Shown here one piece after another: positions 8,922 through 18,218 of a DNA stretch of 64,000 bases (its first letter is position 1; the number at the start of each line of letters is the position of its first letter). Origin of the DNA: Candidatus Dormiibacterota bacterium (GTDB lineage: Bacteria; Chloroflexota; Dormibacteria; Dormibacterales; Dormibacteraceae); assembly GCA_035279525.1 (NCBI GenBank), contig DATEHQ010000182.1:2991-66990 (forward strand), given 5' to 3'. The notes under the pieces are model-generated. The model made no database searches. It had not been told where the DNA came from and worked only from the letters and a program-made list of their open reading frames with translations. Both the position numbers and the translations under genes were made by a program.

Positions 8922-9935
8922 CTACCGACCGATCCTGAAGAAGATCACGTCGCCGTCCTTGACCCGGTAATCGCGACCTTCGACGCGAAGCTTGCCGGCG
9001 GCGCGAAGCGCCTCCATCGAGCCGGCGGCGAACAGCTCGTCGACCGACGTCACCTCCGCGCGAATGAAGTGCTTCTCGAAGTCGGTGTGGATCTTCGACG
9101 CCGCGATCGGCGCCGGCGCGTCGCGCTCGCACGCCCAGGCGCGAACCTCCGGCTCGCCGGCGGTGAAGTAGGTGATGAGGCCCCCCGCGTCCCACACCGC
9201 TCGGGCGATGCGGCCGAGCCCTGACTCGTCGATCCCGTAGCCGGCGCGCATCTCCGCCTGCTCGTCGCCCTCGAGCTCCGCGAGCTCCGCCTCGAGGCGA
9301 GCCGAGAGCACTATCGAGTGAGCACCCTCCGCCTCGGCGATGCGTGCGACCTTCGCCGCCGCCCCGGCGCCGCTCGGGAGCGCCTGCTCCGCGGCATTCG
9401 CGACGTACACCGAGGGCTTGAGCGTCACCGGGAAGATGCCGGCCAGCATCGCGCGCTGGTCGGGCTCGAGCTCGAGCGTGCGCAGCTGGTGGCCCGCATC
9501 GAGGTGCGCCTTTGCCGCGTTCAGGACGTCGGTTTCCGCCTGGGCGTCCTTCTTTCCGGCGCGGGCTTCGCGGGCCACCACGTCGAGCCTTCGCTCGACC
9601 GACGCCAGGTCCGCAAGCACCAGGTCGAGCGCAAACTCATCCATCTCTGCGACCGGGTCCGGGTCCGGTCCGAAACACCGCGCGACCTTGACCAGGACAT
9701 CCGCCTGCCGCGCAAACGCGACGCGCTGCGCGCGGCTGCCGGGTGGGGTGTCTTCCACACGAACCTGCGCCGGCGTCGTCTTGGCGGGGTGCACCGCTTC
9801 GGAAAGCCGCGTCAACCTCTCGTCCGGCACGTCGACCATGCCGACGCCATCCGCGCCGCGGCCCGCGGTCAGCGCATTGAACATCGTGCTCTTTCCGGCC
9901 CCCGCCGGCCCGACGACGGCCACATTGACCGGCAC
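8922..9935 (-). CDS. Divergent YchF/Ola1-like P-loop NTPase
   Basis: The C-terminal TGS/YchF signature is well conserved (ITYFTAGEPEVRAWA, KIHTDFEKHFIRAEV, YRVKDGDVIFFR). The P-loop is GPAGAGKST. The canonical NFPFCTIEPN and DIAGLV regions are missing or degenerate. GTG start. Confidence 0.75.
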   Translation of the reverse strand: MPVNVAVVGPAGAGKSTMFNALTAGRGADGVGMVDVPDERLTRLSEAVHPAKTTPAQVRVEDTPPGSRAQRVAFARQADVLVKVARCFGPDPDPVAEMDEFALDLVLADLASVERRLDVVAREARAGKKDAQAETDVLNAAKAHLDAGHQLRTLELEPDQRAMLAGIFPVTLKPSVYVANAAEQALPSGAGAAAKVARIAEAEGAHSIVLSARLEAELAELEGDEQAEMRAGYGIDESGLGRIARAVWDAGGLITYFTAGEPEVRAWACERDAPAPIAASKIHTDFEKHFIRAEVTSVDELFAAGSMEALRAAGKLRVEGRDYRVKDGDVIFFRIGR

Positions 9936-9938
9936 CTT

Positions 9939-10116
9939 AGAGGTGCGGCCGGGGGGTCGGCCGAGAGATTCGGTGACCAGGTGGTCCGGATGCTAGGCGC
10001 AGCCGAACACCGGAGCGAGCGCATCCGTCGATGCGTGAGCGAGAAGCGGAGGCTGCAACAACGCAGACGGGCCGCATCGGCGCCGAAGATCCGGCTGACA
10101 TCTCTGGCCGCACCTC

Positions 10117-10117
<1 letters not shown>
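9939..10117. repeat. Intergenic element bracketed by a perfect 12-bp inverted repeat
   Basis: AGAGGTGCGGCC at 9939-9950 and its exact reverse complement GGCCGCACCTCT at 10106-10117. Together they enclose the whole lysC-ychF spacer. An internal hairpin CGCATCcgtcGATGCG is also present. Confidence 0.5.
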
Positions 10118-11337
<1,220 letters not shown>

Positions 11338-11390
11338 TCTAGAGGGCCCCCCGCGAACTCACCGCGACAGCTGGGAGTCCGTGGGGATTC

Positions 11391-12203
11391 TCACAGCGTC
11401 CGGAACATGCCCTTATCGGTGATCTTCGAGACCACCGCACGACCACGCAGCGGGTGGGACTCCTCCATCGCCTTGGCGATCCGCGCCGCGGCCGAAGGGG
11501 CGCAGAACGCGAACACGCTCGGACCGGCGCCGCAGATCGCCGCGCCGTAGGCGCCGGCCGCCTCGGCCACGTGGATCACCTCCTCGGTCCATGGATAGAG
11601 GTGAAGCCGGTGCGGCTGGTGGAGGCGGTCGCGCAGCGCTTCACCGAGCAAGGATGGGCGCTTCGACATGATCGCGCGGACCAGCAGCGCGGTCCGCGCC
11701 GCGTTGAAGGTCGCCGCCTCGATGGGCACGGAGTCGGGCAGCACCGCGCGCGCTTTCTCGGTCGGCAGCGGCTGGTGCGCTATGAAGAGCGCCAGGCCCC
11801 AGCCGGGGTTGGGCAGCTTCTCGTCCACGTGCTCGGACACGATCCGAATGCCACCGGAAGCGGAGGCGGCGACGTTGTCGGTGTGGCCCTCGTCCGAGCC
11901 GGCGTCCACGATGTGGCTCCTGACGTCCCAGGGGCTGCTCAGCGCGGAGGCGGCGAGCCGGGACGCCGCGCTGGAGCCGAGGCCGACCCCCAGCGGAATC
12001 TCGCTGCGGACCCGTCCTTTCATGTTCAGGCGTGTGAACGGGTTCTCGTGCGCGTACAGGTAGTCGGCTCCCTCGCCTTCGTAATCCCACGACGGCCGGT
12101 CGGACTCATTCGCCTCGACCTCCAGCCAGAGATCGATCGCCATCGCCATGCAGTCGAAGCCGGGGCCGATGTTGGCGATGGAGGCTGGGACCTTGACTCG
12201 CAT
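11391..12203 (-). CDS. thrB: Homoserine kinase
   Basis: GHMP-kinase motifs VPASIANIGPGFD and PLGVGLGSSAAS. The ATG overlaps the thrC stop by one nt. Confidence 0.85.
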   Translation of the reverse strand: MRVKVPASIANIGPGFDCMAMAIDLWLEVEANESDRPSWDYEGEGADYLYAHENPFTRLNMKGRVRSEIPLGVGLGSSAASRLAASALSSPWDVRSHIVDAGSDEGHTDNVAASASGGIRIVSEHVDEKLPNPGWGLALFIAHQPLPTEKARAVLPDSVPIEAATFNAARTALLVRAIMSKRPSLLGEALRDRLHQPHRLHLYPWTEEVIHVAEAAGAYGAAICGAGPSVFAFCAPSAAARIAKAMEESHPLRGRAVVSKITDKGMFRTL

Positions 12204-13246
12204 TACAGCTTCAAGACCTTAGCGAGTGTGCGCGCGTCGCCGTCGAGCTCGATGGGCGGTTCGACGTTCTTGAGCGCCGCATCCGGGTCCTTGAGGCCCG
12301 AGCCGGTCAGGACGACGACCGTCGACGAGTCCTTTTGCAGCTTCCCCTCACGGACCAGCCTGAACAGGAGCGCAAGGGGAGCGGCCGACGCGGGCTCCGC
12401 GAAGAGTCCCTCGGAGGCTGCGAGCTGGATCTGGGCGGAGAGGATCTCGGTGTCGCTGACGGCCGCGATCATGCCGCCCGACTCGTCCCTGGCGGAGGTC
12501 GCGCCCTCCCACGAGGCTGGATTCCCGATCCGGATCGCCGAGGCCACGGTCCGTGGGTCCGATACCGGGTGGCCGCCGACGATCGGAGCGGCGCCTTCCG
12601 CCTGGGCTCCGACCATGCGGGGCAGCGTCTTCGAGCGACCAGCCGCGTGATACTCGCGAAAGCCCTTCCAGTACGCGGTGATGTTGCCGGCGTTGCCCAC
12701 CGGGAGGATCAGGTAGTCCGGCGCCCCGCCCAGGTCGTCGACGATCTCGAAAGCGGCGGTCTTCTGCCCGTCGATACGGTGCGGGTTGACGGAGTTCATC
12801 AGCGACACGGAGTAACGCGACGTGAGGTCCCGCACTGTCTCGAGCGCCGCGTCGAAGTTGCCTTTCAACGCGACGACCTTCGCGCCGTACATCAGCGCCT
12901 GCGACAGCTTGTTGAGGGCGATCTCGCCTGAGGGCACCACGACGATCGCGCGTGCACCGACGCGCGCGGCGTAGGCCGCCATCGAAGCGGAGGTGTTGCC
13001 CGTCGATGCGCACATGAAGACGCGGCTTCCCGCCTCGAGCGCCTTGGCGACCGCGACCACCATTCCGCGGTCCTTGAACGAGCCGGTCGGGTTGACGCCC
13101 TCGTACTTGAAGTAGAGCTCCTTGAGGCCGAGCGCCCTGGCGATGTTGTGGCTGCGGACGAGTGGGGTCGACCCCTCGTTGAGGTCCACCTCGGGCGTGG
13201 TCGGTGAGACGGGCAGGTGCTCGCGGTAGCGAGCGATGACACCCAA
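12203..13246 (-). CDS. thrC: Threonine synthase
   Basis: PLP-lysine region NPTGSFKDRG, CASTGNTSAS and GNAGNITA. TTG start assumed. Confidence 0.9.
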   Translation of the reverse strand: MGVIARYREHLPVSPTTPEVDLNEGSTPLVRSHNIARALGLKELYFKYEGVNPTGSFKDRGMVVAVAKALEAGSRVFMCASTGNTSASMAAYAARVGARAIVVVPSGEIALNKLSQALMYGAKVVALKGNFDAALETVRDLTSRYSVSLMNSVNPHRIDGQKTAAFEIVDDLGGAPDYLILPVGNAGNITAYWKGFREYHAAGRSKTLPRMVGAQAEGAAPIVGGHPVSDPRTVASAIRIGNPASWEGATSARDESGGMIAAVSDTEILSAQIQLAASEGLFAEPASAAPLALLFRLVREGKLQKDSSTVVVLTGSGLKDPDAALKNVEPPIELDGDARTLAKVLKL

Positions 13247-13255
13247 ACGCGCCCC

Positions 13256-14545
13256 CTAGAACACGCGGAGGAACGAAGAGACGGCGCGCACCGGGTCGAG
13301 CTCGGCCATCCGCGCGCGGGCCTTCTGCAGGCTCGCCTCGAGCGACGGATGCGTGGTCACCACGAGCTCGGCGGTCTGGTCCTGCGACCACGCGTCCTTC
13401 TGTATGAAGCTCGAGATGCTGACGCCCTCTTCGGCGAAGACCTGGCCGATCGCGGCCAGCACGCCGGCGCGGTCTTCGACCCTGATCCGGAAATAGGCGC
13501 GGGTCCGAACCTCGCCCATGGGGATCACGCCGATGCGGTCGTCAAAGCTGAACGAGGGACGGCTCTGCACACCTCGGCGGATCGAGCGGGCCAGGTCGAT
13601 CAGGTCGCCCACGACCGCCGACGCCGTCGGCCTCCCGCCGGCGCCCTGGCCGACGAGCAGCACCTGCCCGACCAGGTCGCCCTCGACGAAGACTGCGTTC
13701 TCGGCGCCCTCGACGCGGGCGAGCGGGTGATCGAGCGGGACCATCGCCGGATGCACGCGCGCCTCGACGCGTCCCGGATGCCGCTGGGTGTGGGCGATGA
13801 GCTTGATCGCATAGCCGAGCTCGCGCGCGTAGCGGAAATCGACCGGCTCGATGCCCTCGATGCCCTCGCGGTAGATCTCGTCGGGCCGGACCTTGATCTC
13901 GTACGCGATCGAGCCGAGGATGGCCAGCTTGTACGCGGCGTCGTAGCCGCCGATGTCGTCTGTCGGATCGGCCTCGGCGTATCCGGCCGCCTGGGCTTCC
14001 GCCACCGCGTCCACCAGGGTCCGGCCTGAGGCCATGCGGCCGAGCACGTAGTTGGTCGTGCCGTTGATCACGGCGGAGACGCGCTCGATGCGGTTCGCCT
14101 GAAGGTCGGTGCGGAACGTGCTGATGAGGGGGATGCCGCCCCCGACCGCAGCCTCGAAGTAGATGTCTACGTTGCGCTCTGCCGCGGCATCGAGCAGCTC
14201 GGGGCCGTGCCTCGCCATCACCACCTTGTTGGCCGTGATCACGTGCTTGCCGGCCGCGATCGCCCGCTCGAGGTAGCTGCGGATCGGCTCGTCGCCCCCC
14301 GCCACCTCGATCACGACCTCGACCGACGGGTCGTCGATCACCTCCGCGGGATGGCTGGTGAGGAGGGCGCGGTCGATCTCGATGGGTCGACGCTTGGCCG
14401 GGTCGCGCACCAGCACCTTGCGCAGGCACAGCTCGACACCTGCCCGGCGCGATAGCTGCGGGCCCCAGGTGAGCATCCGGTCGGCCACCTGCGCGCCGAC
14501 CGTGCCGAGGCCGACCAGGCCGACATTCAAGGGGCGGGAGCTCAT
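13256..14545 (-). CDS. hom: Homoserine dehydrogenase
   Basis: N-terminal Rossmann motif VGLVGLGTVG, central catalytic domain (INGTTNYVL, GYAEADPTDDIGG) and a C-terminal ACT domain. Confidence 0.9.
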   Translation of the reverse strand: MSSRPLNVGLVGLGTVGAQVADRMLTWGPQLSRRAGVELCLRKVLVRDPAKRRPIEIDRALLTSHPAEVIDDPSVEVVIEVAGGDEPIRSYLERAIAAGKHVITANKVVMARHGPELLDAAAERNVDIYFEAAVGGGIPLISTFRTDLQANRIERVSAVINGTTNYVLGRMASGRTLVDAVAEAQAAGYAEADPTDDIGGYDAAYKLAILGSIAYEIKVRPDEIYREGIEGIEPVDFRYARELGYAIKLIAHTQRHPGRVEARVHPAMVPLDHPLARVEGAENAVFVEGDLVGQVLLVGQGAGGRPTASAVVGDLIDLARSIRRGVQSRPSFSFDDRIGVIPMGEVRTRAYFRIRVEDRAGVLAAIGQVFAEEGVSISSFIQKDAWSQDQTAELVVTTHPSLEASLQKARARMAELDPVRAVSSFLRVF

Positions 14546-14566
14546 GGGCCGCTATTCTGCCCGTTT

Positions 14567-15520
14567 GTGGCTCTGATCCTGCGCGAAGCGGACGTCCAGG
14601 AGCTGATCGAGATGGACGACGTGATTGCCGCCCTGACGGCGGCGATGCGCGAGCTGGGTGAGGGGAAGGCGCAGAACGAGCCGAGGCGGAGGGCCTTCGC
14701 GCCGGGCGGGATGCTCAACGTGATGTTCGCCTCCTACCCGGGCGGAGCCTGCACCGGGCTGAAGGCCTACTCCGTGGCCGGGGGCAAGGCCCGATTCCTG
14801 GTCGTGGTGTTCGGCCTGGACGGCGCGCTTCAGGCGCTGGTCGAGGCCGACTTCATGGGCACCTACCGCACCGGCGCCGCGACGGCGGTCGCCGCCACCG
14901 CGCTGGGCGCTCGCAACCCGGCGACCGTGGCGCTGATCGGCACCGGCTGGCAGGCCCGCACCCAGGCGCTGGCGCTCTCGCGCGTGCTCGAGATCAAAGA
15001 GCTGCGCGCCTACAGCCGCGACGCCGAGAAGCGCGCCGAGTTTGCGCGCGACCAGGCCGAGGAGCTCGGCCTGGACGTGGTCGCGCCGGACAGCGCCGAG
15101 GAGGCCGTCCATGGCGCTGACGTGGTCGTCACCATCACCACCTCGAAGTCACCGGTCCTCCAGGCCGAGTGGCTCGAACCTCATGCCTTCGTCGCTTGCG
15201 CCGGCTCGAACTTTCACAACCGGGCCGAGATCCCGCCCGAAGTCGTGGAGCGGGCGCAGACGGTGGTGGTGGATCAGCTGGCGGCGGCCCGGCTCGAGAG
15301 CGGAGACCTGATCGCGGCGGCCGAGGCGGGCAGGTTCGAATGGACCAGGGCGGTCGAGCTGGGGTCGGTGCTGGCCGGGAAGTGGACGCGGCCCGACTCG
15401 CCAGGCATCACGCTCTTCGAATCGCACGGCCTGGCGCTGTGGGACCTGGCGGCGGGCTCGGTCGTCGTCGAGGCGGCGCGCAAGCGCGGGATGGCCGAGG
15501 AGCTCGACCTCCTGACCTGA
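14567..15520 (+). CDS. Ornithine cyclodeaminase/mu-crystallin family protein
   Basis: 317 aa with a GTG start. Family-typical layout (MPASYPG-like FASYPGG, LIGTGWQARTQ Rossmann motif, ADVVVTITTS). Confidence 0.8.
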   Translation: MALILREADVQELIEMDDVIAALTAAMRELGEGKAQNEPRRRAFAPGGMLNVMFASYPGGACTGLKAYSVAGGKARFLVVVFGLDGALQALVEADFMGTYRTGAATAVAATALGARNPATVALIGTGWQARTQALALSRVLEIKELRAYSRDAEKRAEFARDQAEELGLDVVAPDSAEEAVHGADVVVTITTSKSPVLQAEWLEPHAFVACAGSNFHNRAEIPPEVVERAQTVVVDQLAAARLESGDLIAAAEAGRFEWTRAVELGSVLAGKWTRPDSPGITLFESHGLALWDLAAGSVVVEAARKRGMAEELDLLT

Positions 15521-15533
15521 CCCACCCGCGCCC

Positions 15534-15824
15534 TTAATGGATGTGGGTGTTCACCTGCTGTGGCGCGAAGCCGCCGAGGTTGAACCAGGTGCCGACCAGG
15601 AAAGCCGCGAACAGGATCACGACCAGGGCCGCGCTGGCGGAGGTGTACACGACCCAGGGCGCCGGACCGCGACCGGCGATCCGGATCATCAGGTCCGACC
15701 AGTCCGGACCCCGGCGCGGGGTCCACGCCTGGACCTCGGCCCGGATCATCCGGCTGACGTCGGCCTCGGAGGGTGTGTTCGACCCGCCTTGTGTGGGTTT
15801 ATCTTCCACGTAGGGCACCTTCAC
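15534..15824 (-). CDS. Putative anti-sigma factor (single-pass membrane protein)
   Basis: Lies directly downstream of, and overlapping, the ECF sigma gene. One TM helix (SAALVVILFAAFLVGTWF). No zinc-finger anti-sigma motif is seen. The start is uncertain (GTG 15824 or ATG 15749). Confidence 0.35.
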   Translation of the reverse strand: MKVPYVEDKPTQGGSNTPSEADVSRMIRAEVQAWTPRRGPDWSDLMIRIAGRGPAPWVVYTSASAALVVILFAAFLVGTWFNLGGFAPQQVNTHIH

Positions 15825-16350
15825 TTCTCGAACGCTCGGTGTCGCGTTGCTGATCGCTGCCCATGGTTTTTCGCATGATCGCGACCGCCTTGGCGATCCT
15901 GGAGGCCACGGTCCCGGCCGGGACCCCAAGCACGTCGGCGATCTCCTCGCGTGTCAGGCCCTCGTAGTAGTGAAGCACGACAGCCGCCCGCAGCTTGGGG
16001 CTCAGCGCGGCCAGCGCCTTGCCCACGACGTCCCGGGCTTCGGCCCGGTCATAGTCCCGCCGGTCTGGAGCGACGTAGAGCCGAGCGGGCAGGAAGCGGG
16101 CGAGCTTCTGGCGGCGGAGGTACGAGATGGCGAGGTTGATGCCGATTCGCCTGAGCCACGCGCCCGGGGGCGCGGTAGGCGTGTAACGCTGGCGGGCGCG
16201 GTAGGCGCGGACGAACGTCTCCTGCGTCAGGTCCTCGGCCGCCGCCGAGTCGAGCACGACCGCCCGGATCGAGCGGTAGACCGAGAGGTATTCCTGGTCG
16301 TAGAGCTGCTTGAACTGTGTGGCGGGATCGAGCAGCGGGCCCTCGGTCAC
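15799..16350 (-). CDS. ECF-type RNA polymerase sigma-70 family factor
   Basis: Region 2 (AEDLTQETFVRAYRA) and region 4 HTH (LTREEIADVLGVPAGTVASRIAKA). GTG start. Confidence 0.85.
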   Translation of the reverse strand: MTEGPLLDPATQFKQLYDQEYLSVYRSIRAVVLDSAAAEDLTQETFVRAYRARQRYTPTAPPGAWLRRIGINLAISYLRRQKLARFLPARLYVAPDRRDYDRAEARDVVGKALAALSPKLRAAVVLHYYEGLTREEIADVLGVPAGTVASRIAKAVAIMRKTMGSDQQRDTERSRSEGALRGR

Positions 16351-16421
16351 TCAGCTAGTTTGACCGGTGGATGGGCCGGCGCGGCCCGCAATGACCGCGC
16401 CGGTTCTCGGCTCGAGGTTTA

Positions 16422-17132
16422 CTAGCCGGCCCTTCCACAGGCCCTGGTGAGGATGCCCGAACCGTTCACCTCCATCACCTGCGCGAGCGAGTTGACGCTC
16501 CCGACGGCGAGGGTGCCGGCGTAGGCCGGGAACTCAGGGATCGAGATGGATATCGACGAGGAGAGCGCCGGCCGGTTGGTGTTGTGAGTGATCGACATGA
16601 ACTTCTGGCACGTGAACTTGCCCTAGTCTGTCGAAGTCCCGACGGCGCCGAAGTTGCCGCCGCCGCCCCCGCCGCCGGCGAAATTGATCGGAGCCGATCC
16701 CGACAGCGGCACGACAAGGCCGCCGCAGGCATCGCTCGCGTTGAGCGTGAGGTTGATCGACGCGCTCTGAAGGTCGCTGCTCACGACGAACTGCGACGGC
16801 TTGAGCATGAAGCACCCCTGGGCGATGGGGAATATCGCCCCGCTCTGATCGGGAGGTCCGAGGACGACGATGAAAAGCGTCGTTCCGCTCTGTGTCTGGA
16901 AGCCGCCCCCGCCATGCGGCTTGAAGAGGAACCTGCCGCTGTCGATGTTGACCTTGATCGACGACTGGTCGGCCGGGTTGAAGTCGACCGCGAAAGCATT
17001 CGTGTCGTTGAACGTCTACTGGCCCGGCGCCTGGCCGAATCCGCCTCCCGCGGCAACGACCGCGACGGTCGCCGCCGACATCAAGGCGACCGCGGCGCCG
17101 CCGGCCAGGACGACACGTCGGATCCTCATCAT
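16422..17132 (-). pseudogene. Secreted beta-rich protein gene; one reading frame interrupted by two in-frame TAG codons
   Basis: A GGAGG RBS precedes ATGATG at 17132 and a signal peptide MMRIRRVVLAGGAAVALMSAATVAVVAAG. I hand-translated the frame codon by codon. It stays GC3-rich and protein-like through TAG at 17016-17018 and TAG at 16623-16625, then ends at a third TAG at 16422-16424. The 61-aa ORF 16623..16808 is the middle part of it. Confidence 0.6.
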
Positions 17133-17296
17133 GGCCCCTGTTCCTCCCCTGAAAATGTGCAGATGAACTTGCGGCTTGGCCTCGGCGTTCGCCGTATTCG
17201 CGGCGATTATGGGCGCCCGCGAACGATTTGTTTAGTGGCAACTTTGCGGCCTCAGCGGCGCCGCGCCAAGACCGAAGATTGGCGCATGGGCGGCTG

Positions 17297-17905
17297 ATGC
17301 ACGACGACGTCGAACGTTTCAGCGAGTGGGCCCCGAGCTACGACCGCCACCATTTGCAACGCCGCGTCTTCGAACCTGTGCAGCGGATCGTTCTCGAGCT
17401 GGCGGCGAAGGAGGTCCCGCAGCCTGAGGCGATCCTTGACATCGGTTGCGGGACCGGACGTCTCCTTCGCATAGCCGAGCAGCGATTCGCCGGCGCGCGG
17501 CTCGAGGGAGTCGACGCCGCCGAAGGGATGATCAAGCAGGCTCAAGCATCCGCGCCATCCGGCTCGAAGGTCGGTTTCCAGCTGGGAACGGCCGAGCATC
17601 TTCCGTTCAGCGACGGGGAGTTCGACCTCGTCTTCAGCACTATGACCTTCCACCACTGGGCCGACCAGAGCCAGGGCATCGCCGAGATCGCCCGCGTCAT
17701 GAACCCCCAGGGACGTTGGCTGCTCGCGGACTTCATCGCGACGGGTCCGATGCGCGTGGTGTTCGCGTTAGTCAGACCGAGGCGATTCCACGAGCGCGGG
17801 CGGATCGACTCACTGCTGGCGCCGGCACGGCTGCGGGTGGCAGCAGAGAGACGCGTCCCGGGGCTCTGGGGACAGGTCTCGGCTCTAGCGATCGGCCACC
17901 GCTAG
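17297..17905 (+). CDS. Class I SAM-dependent methyltransferase
   Basis: SAM-binding motif ILDIGCGTGRLL and the MTFHHW region. The start is taken at ATG 17297 (MHDDVERF). Confidence 0.8.
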   Translation: MHDDVERFSEWAPSYDRHHLQRRVFEPVQRIVLELAAKEVPQPEAILDIGCGTGRLLRIAEQRFAGARLEGVDAAEGMIKQAQASAPSGSKVGFQLGTAEHLPFSDGEFDLVFSTMTFHHWADQSQGIAEIARVMNPQGRWLLADFIATGPMRVVFALVRPRRFHERGRIDSLLAPARLRVAAERRVPGLWGQVSALAIGHR

Positions 17906-17908
17906 CTC

Positions 17909-18032
17909 GGTACGTTTTGCGCAAACCGCGCCGGTCGCGGGCTCTCGATAGGGACGCTTTGCGCAAAACGCGCCGCTTGCGGGGTCTTCATAGGGACGCC
18001 TTGCGCAAAAGGGCCCAAACGGGCTGAAGCAT
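17909..18032. repeat. 42-bp tandem repeat (about 2.9 copies), each unit carrying a TTTGCGCAAA-type palindrome
   Basis: Units run 17909-17950, 17951-17992 and 17993-18032 (last one degenerate). Unit 1 is ggtacgTTTTGCGCAAAccgcgccggtcgcgggctctcgata and unit 2 is gggacgcTTTGCGCAAAacgcgccgcttgcggggtcttcata. The array fills the gap between the methyltransferase stop and the tRNA-Leu 3' end. Confidence 0.85.
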
Positions 18033-18034
18033 TT

Positions 18035-18119
18035 TGGTGGGCGACCCGGGACTCGAACCCGGATGGGTTACCCCACACGCCCCTCAAACGTGCGCGTCTA
18101 CCAGTTCCGCCAGCCGCCC
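18035..18119 (-). tRNA. tRNA-Leu (anticodon GAG), CCA encoded
   Basis: Reverse complement: GGGCGGCTGGCGGAACTGGTAGACGCGCACGTTTGAGGGGCGTGTGGGGTAACCCATCCGGGTTCGAGTCCCGGGTCGCCCACCA. It has a 7-bp acceptor stem, anticodon loop TTGAGGG, long variable arm and T-loop TTCGAGT. Confidence 0.9.
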
Positions 18120-18218
18120 AGCTAGGCCGGTTGATTTTACCGGTCGGTCGACGGGGTCGCCAAGGGCGATTAAGCGAGATGAATCTCCCGCGCCGTCTGT
18201 TTGACTTTCGCTCGTCGA

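Noticed and set aside
16422-17132. Pyrrolysine or genome-wide amber reassignment as the explanation for the in-frame TAGs
   Set aside because: TAG terminates many well-supported neighbouring genes (metF, selB, the M50 protease, DUF1003, the ychF-like gene, the htrA-like gene, DUF2207). No pyl genes and no CUA-anticodon tRNA are seen in the window. I kept it only as a local read-through or pseudogene question.
16534-17241. 235-aa minus-strand ORF covering the amber-gene region
   Set aside because: It is Arg/Gly-rich and wrong-frame. The protein-like frame is the one with the signal peptide that contains ORF 16623..16808.
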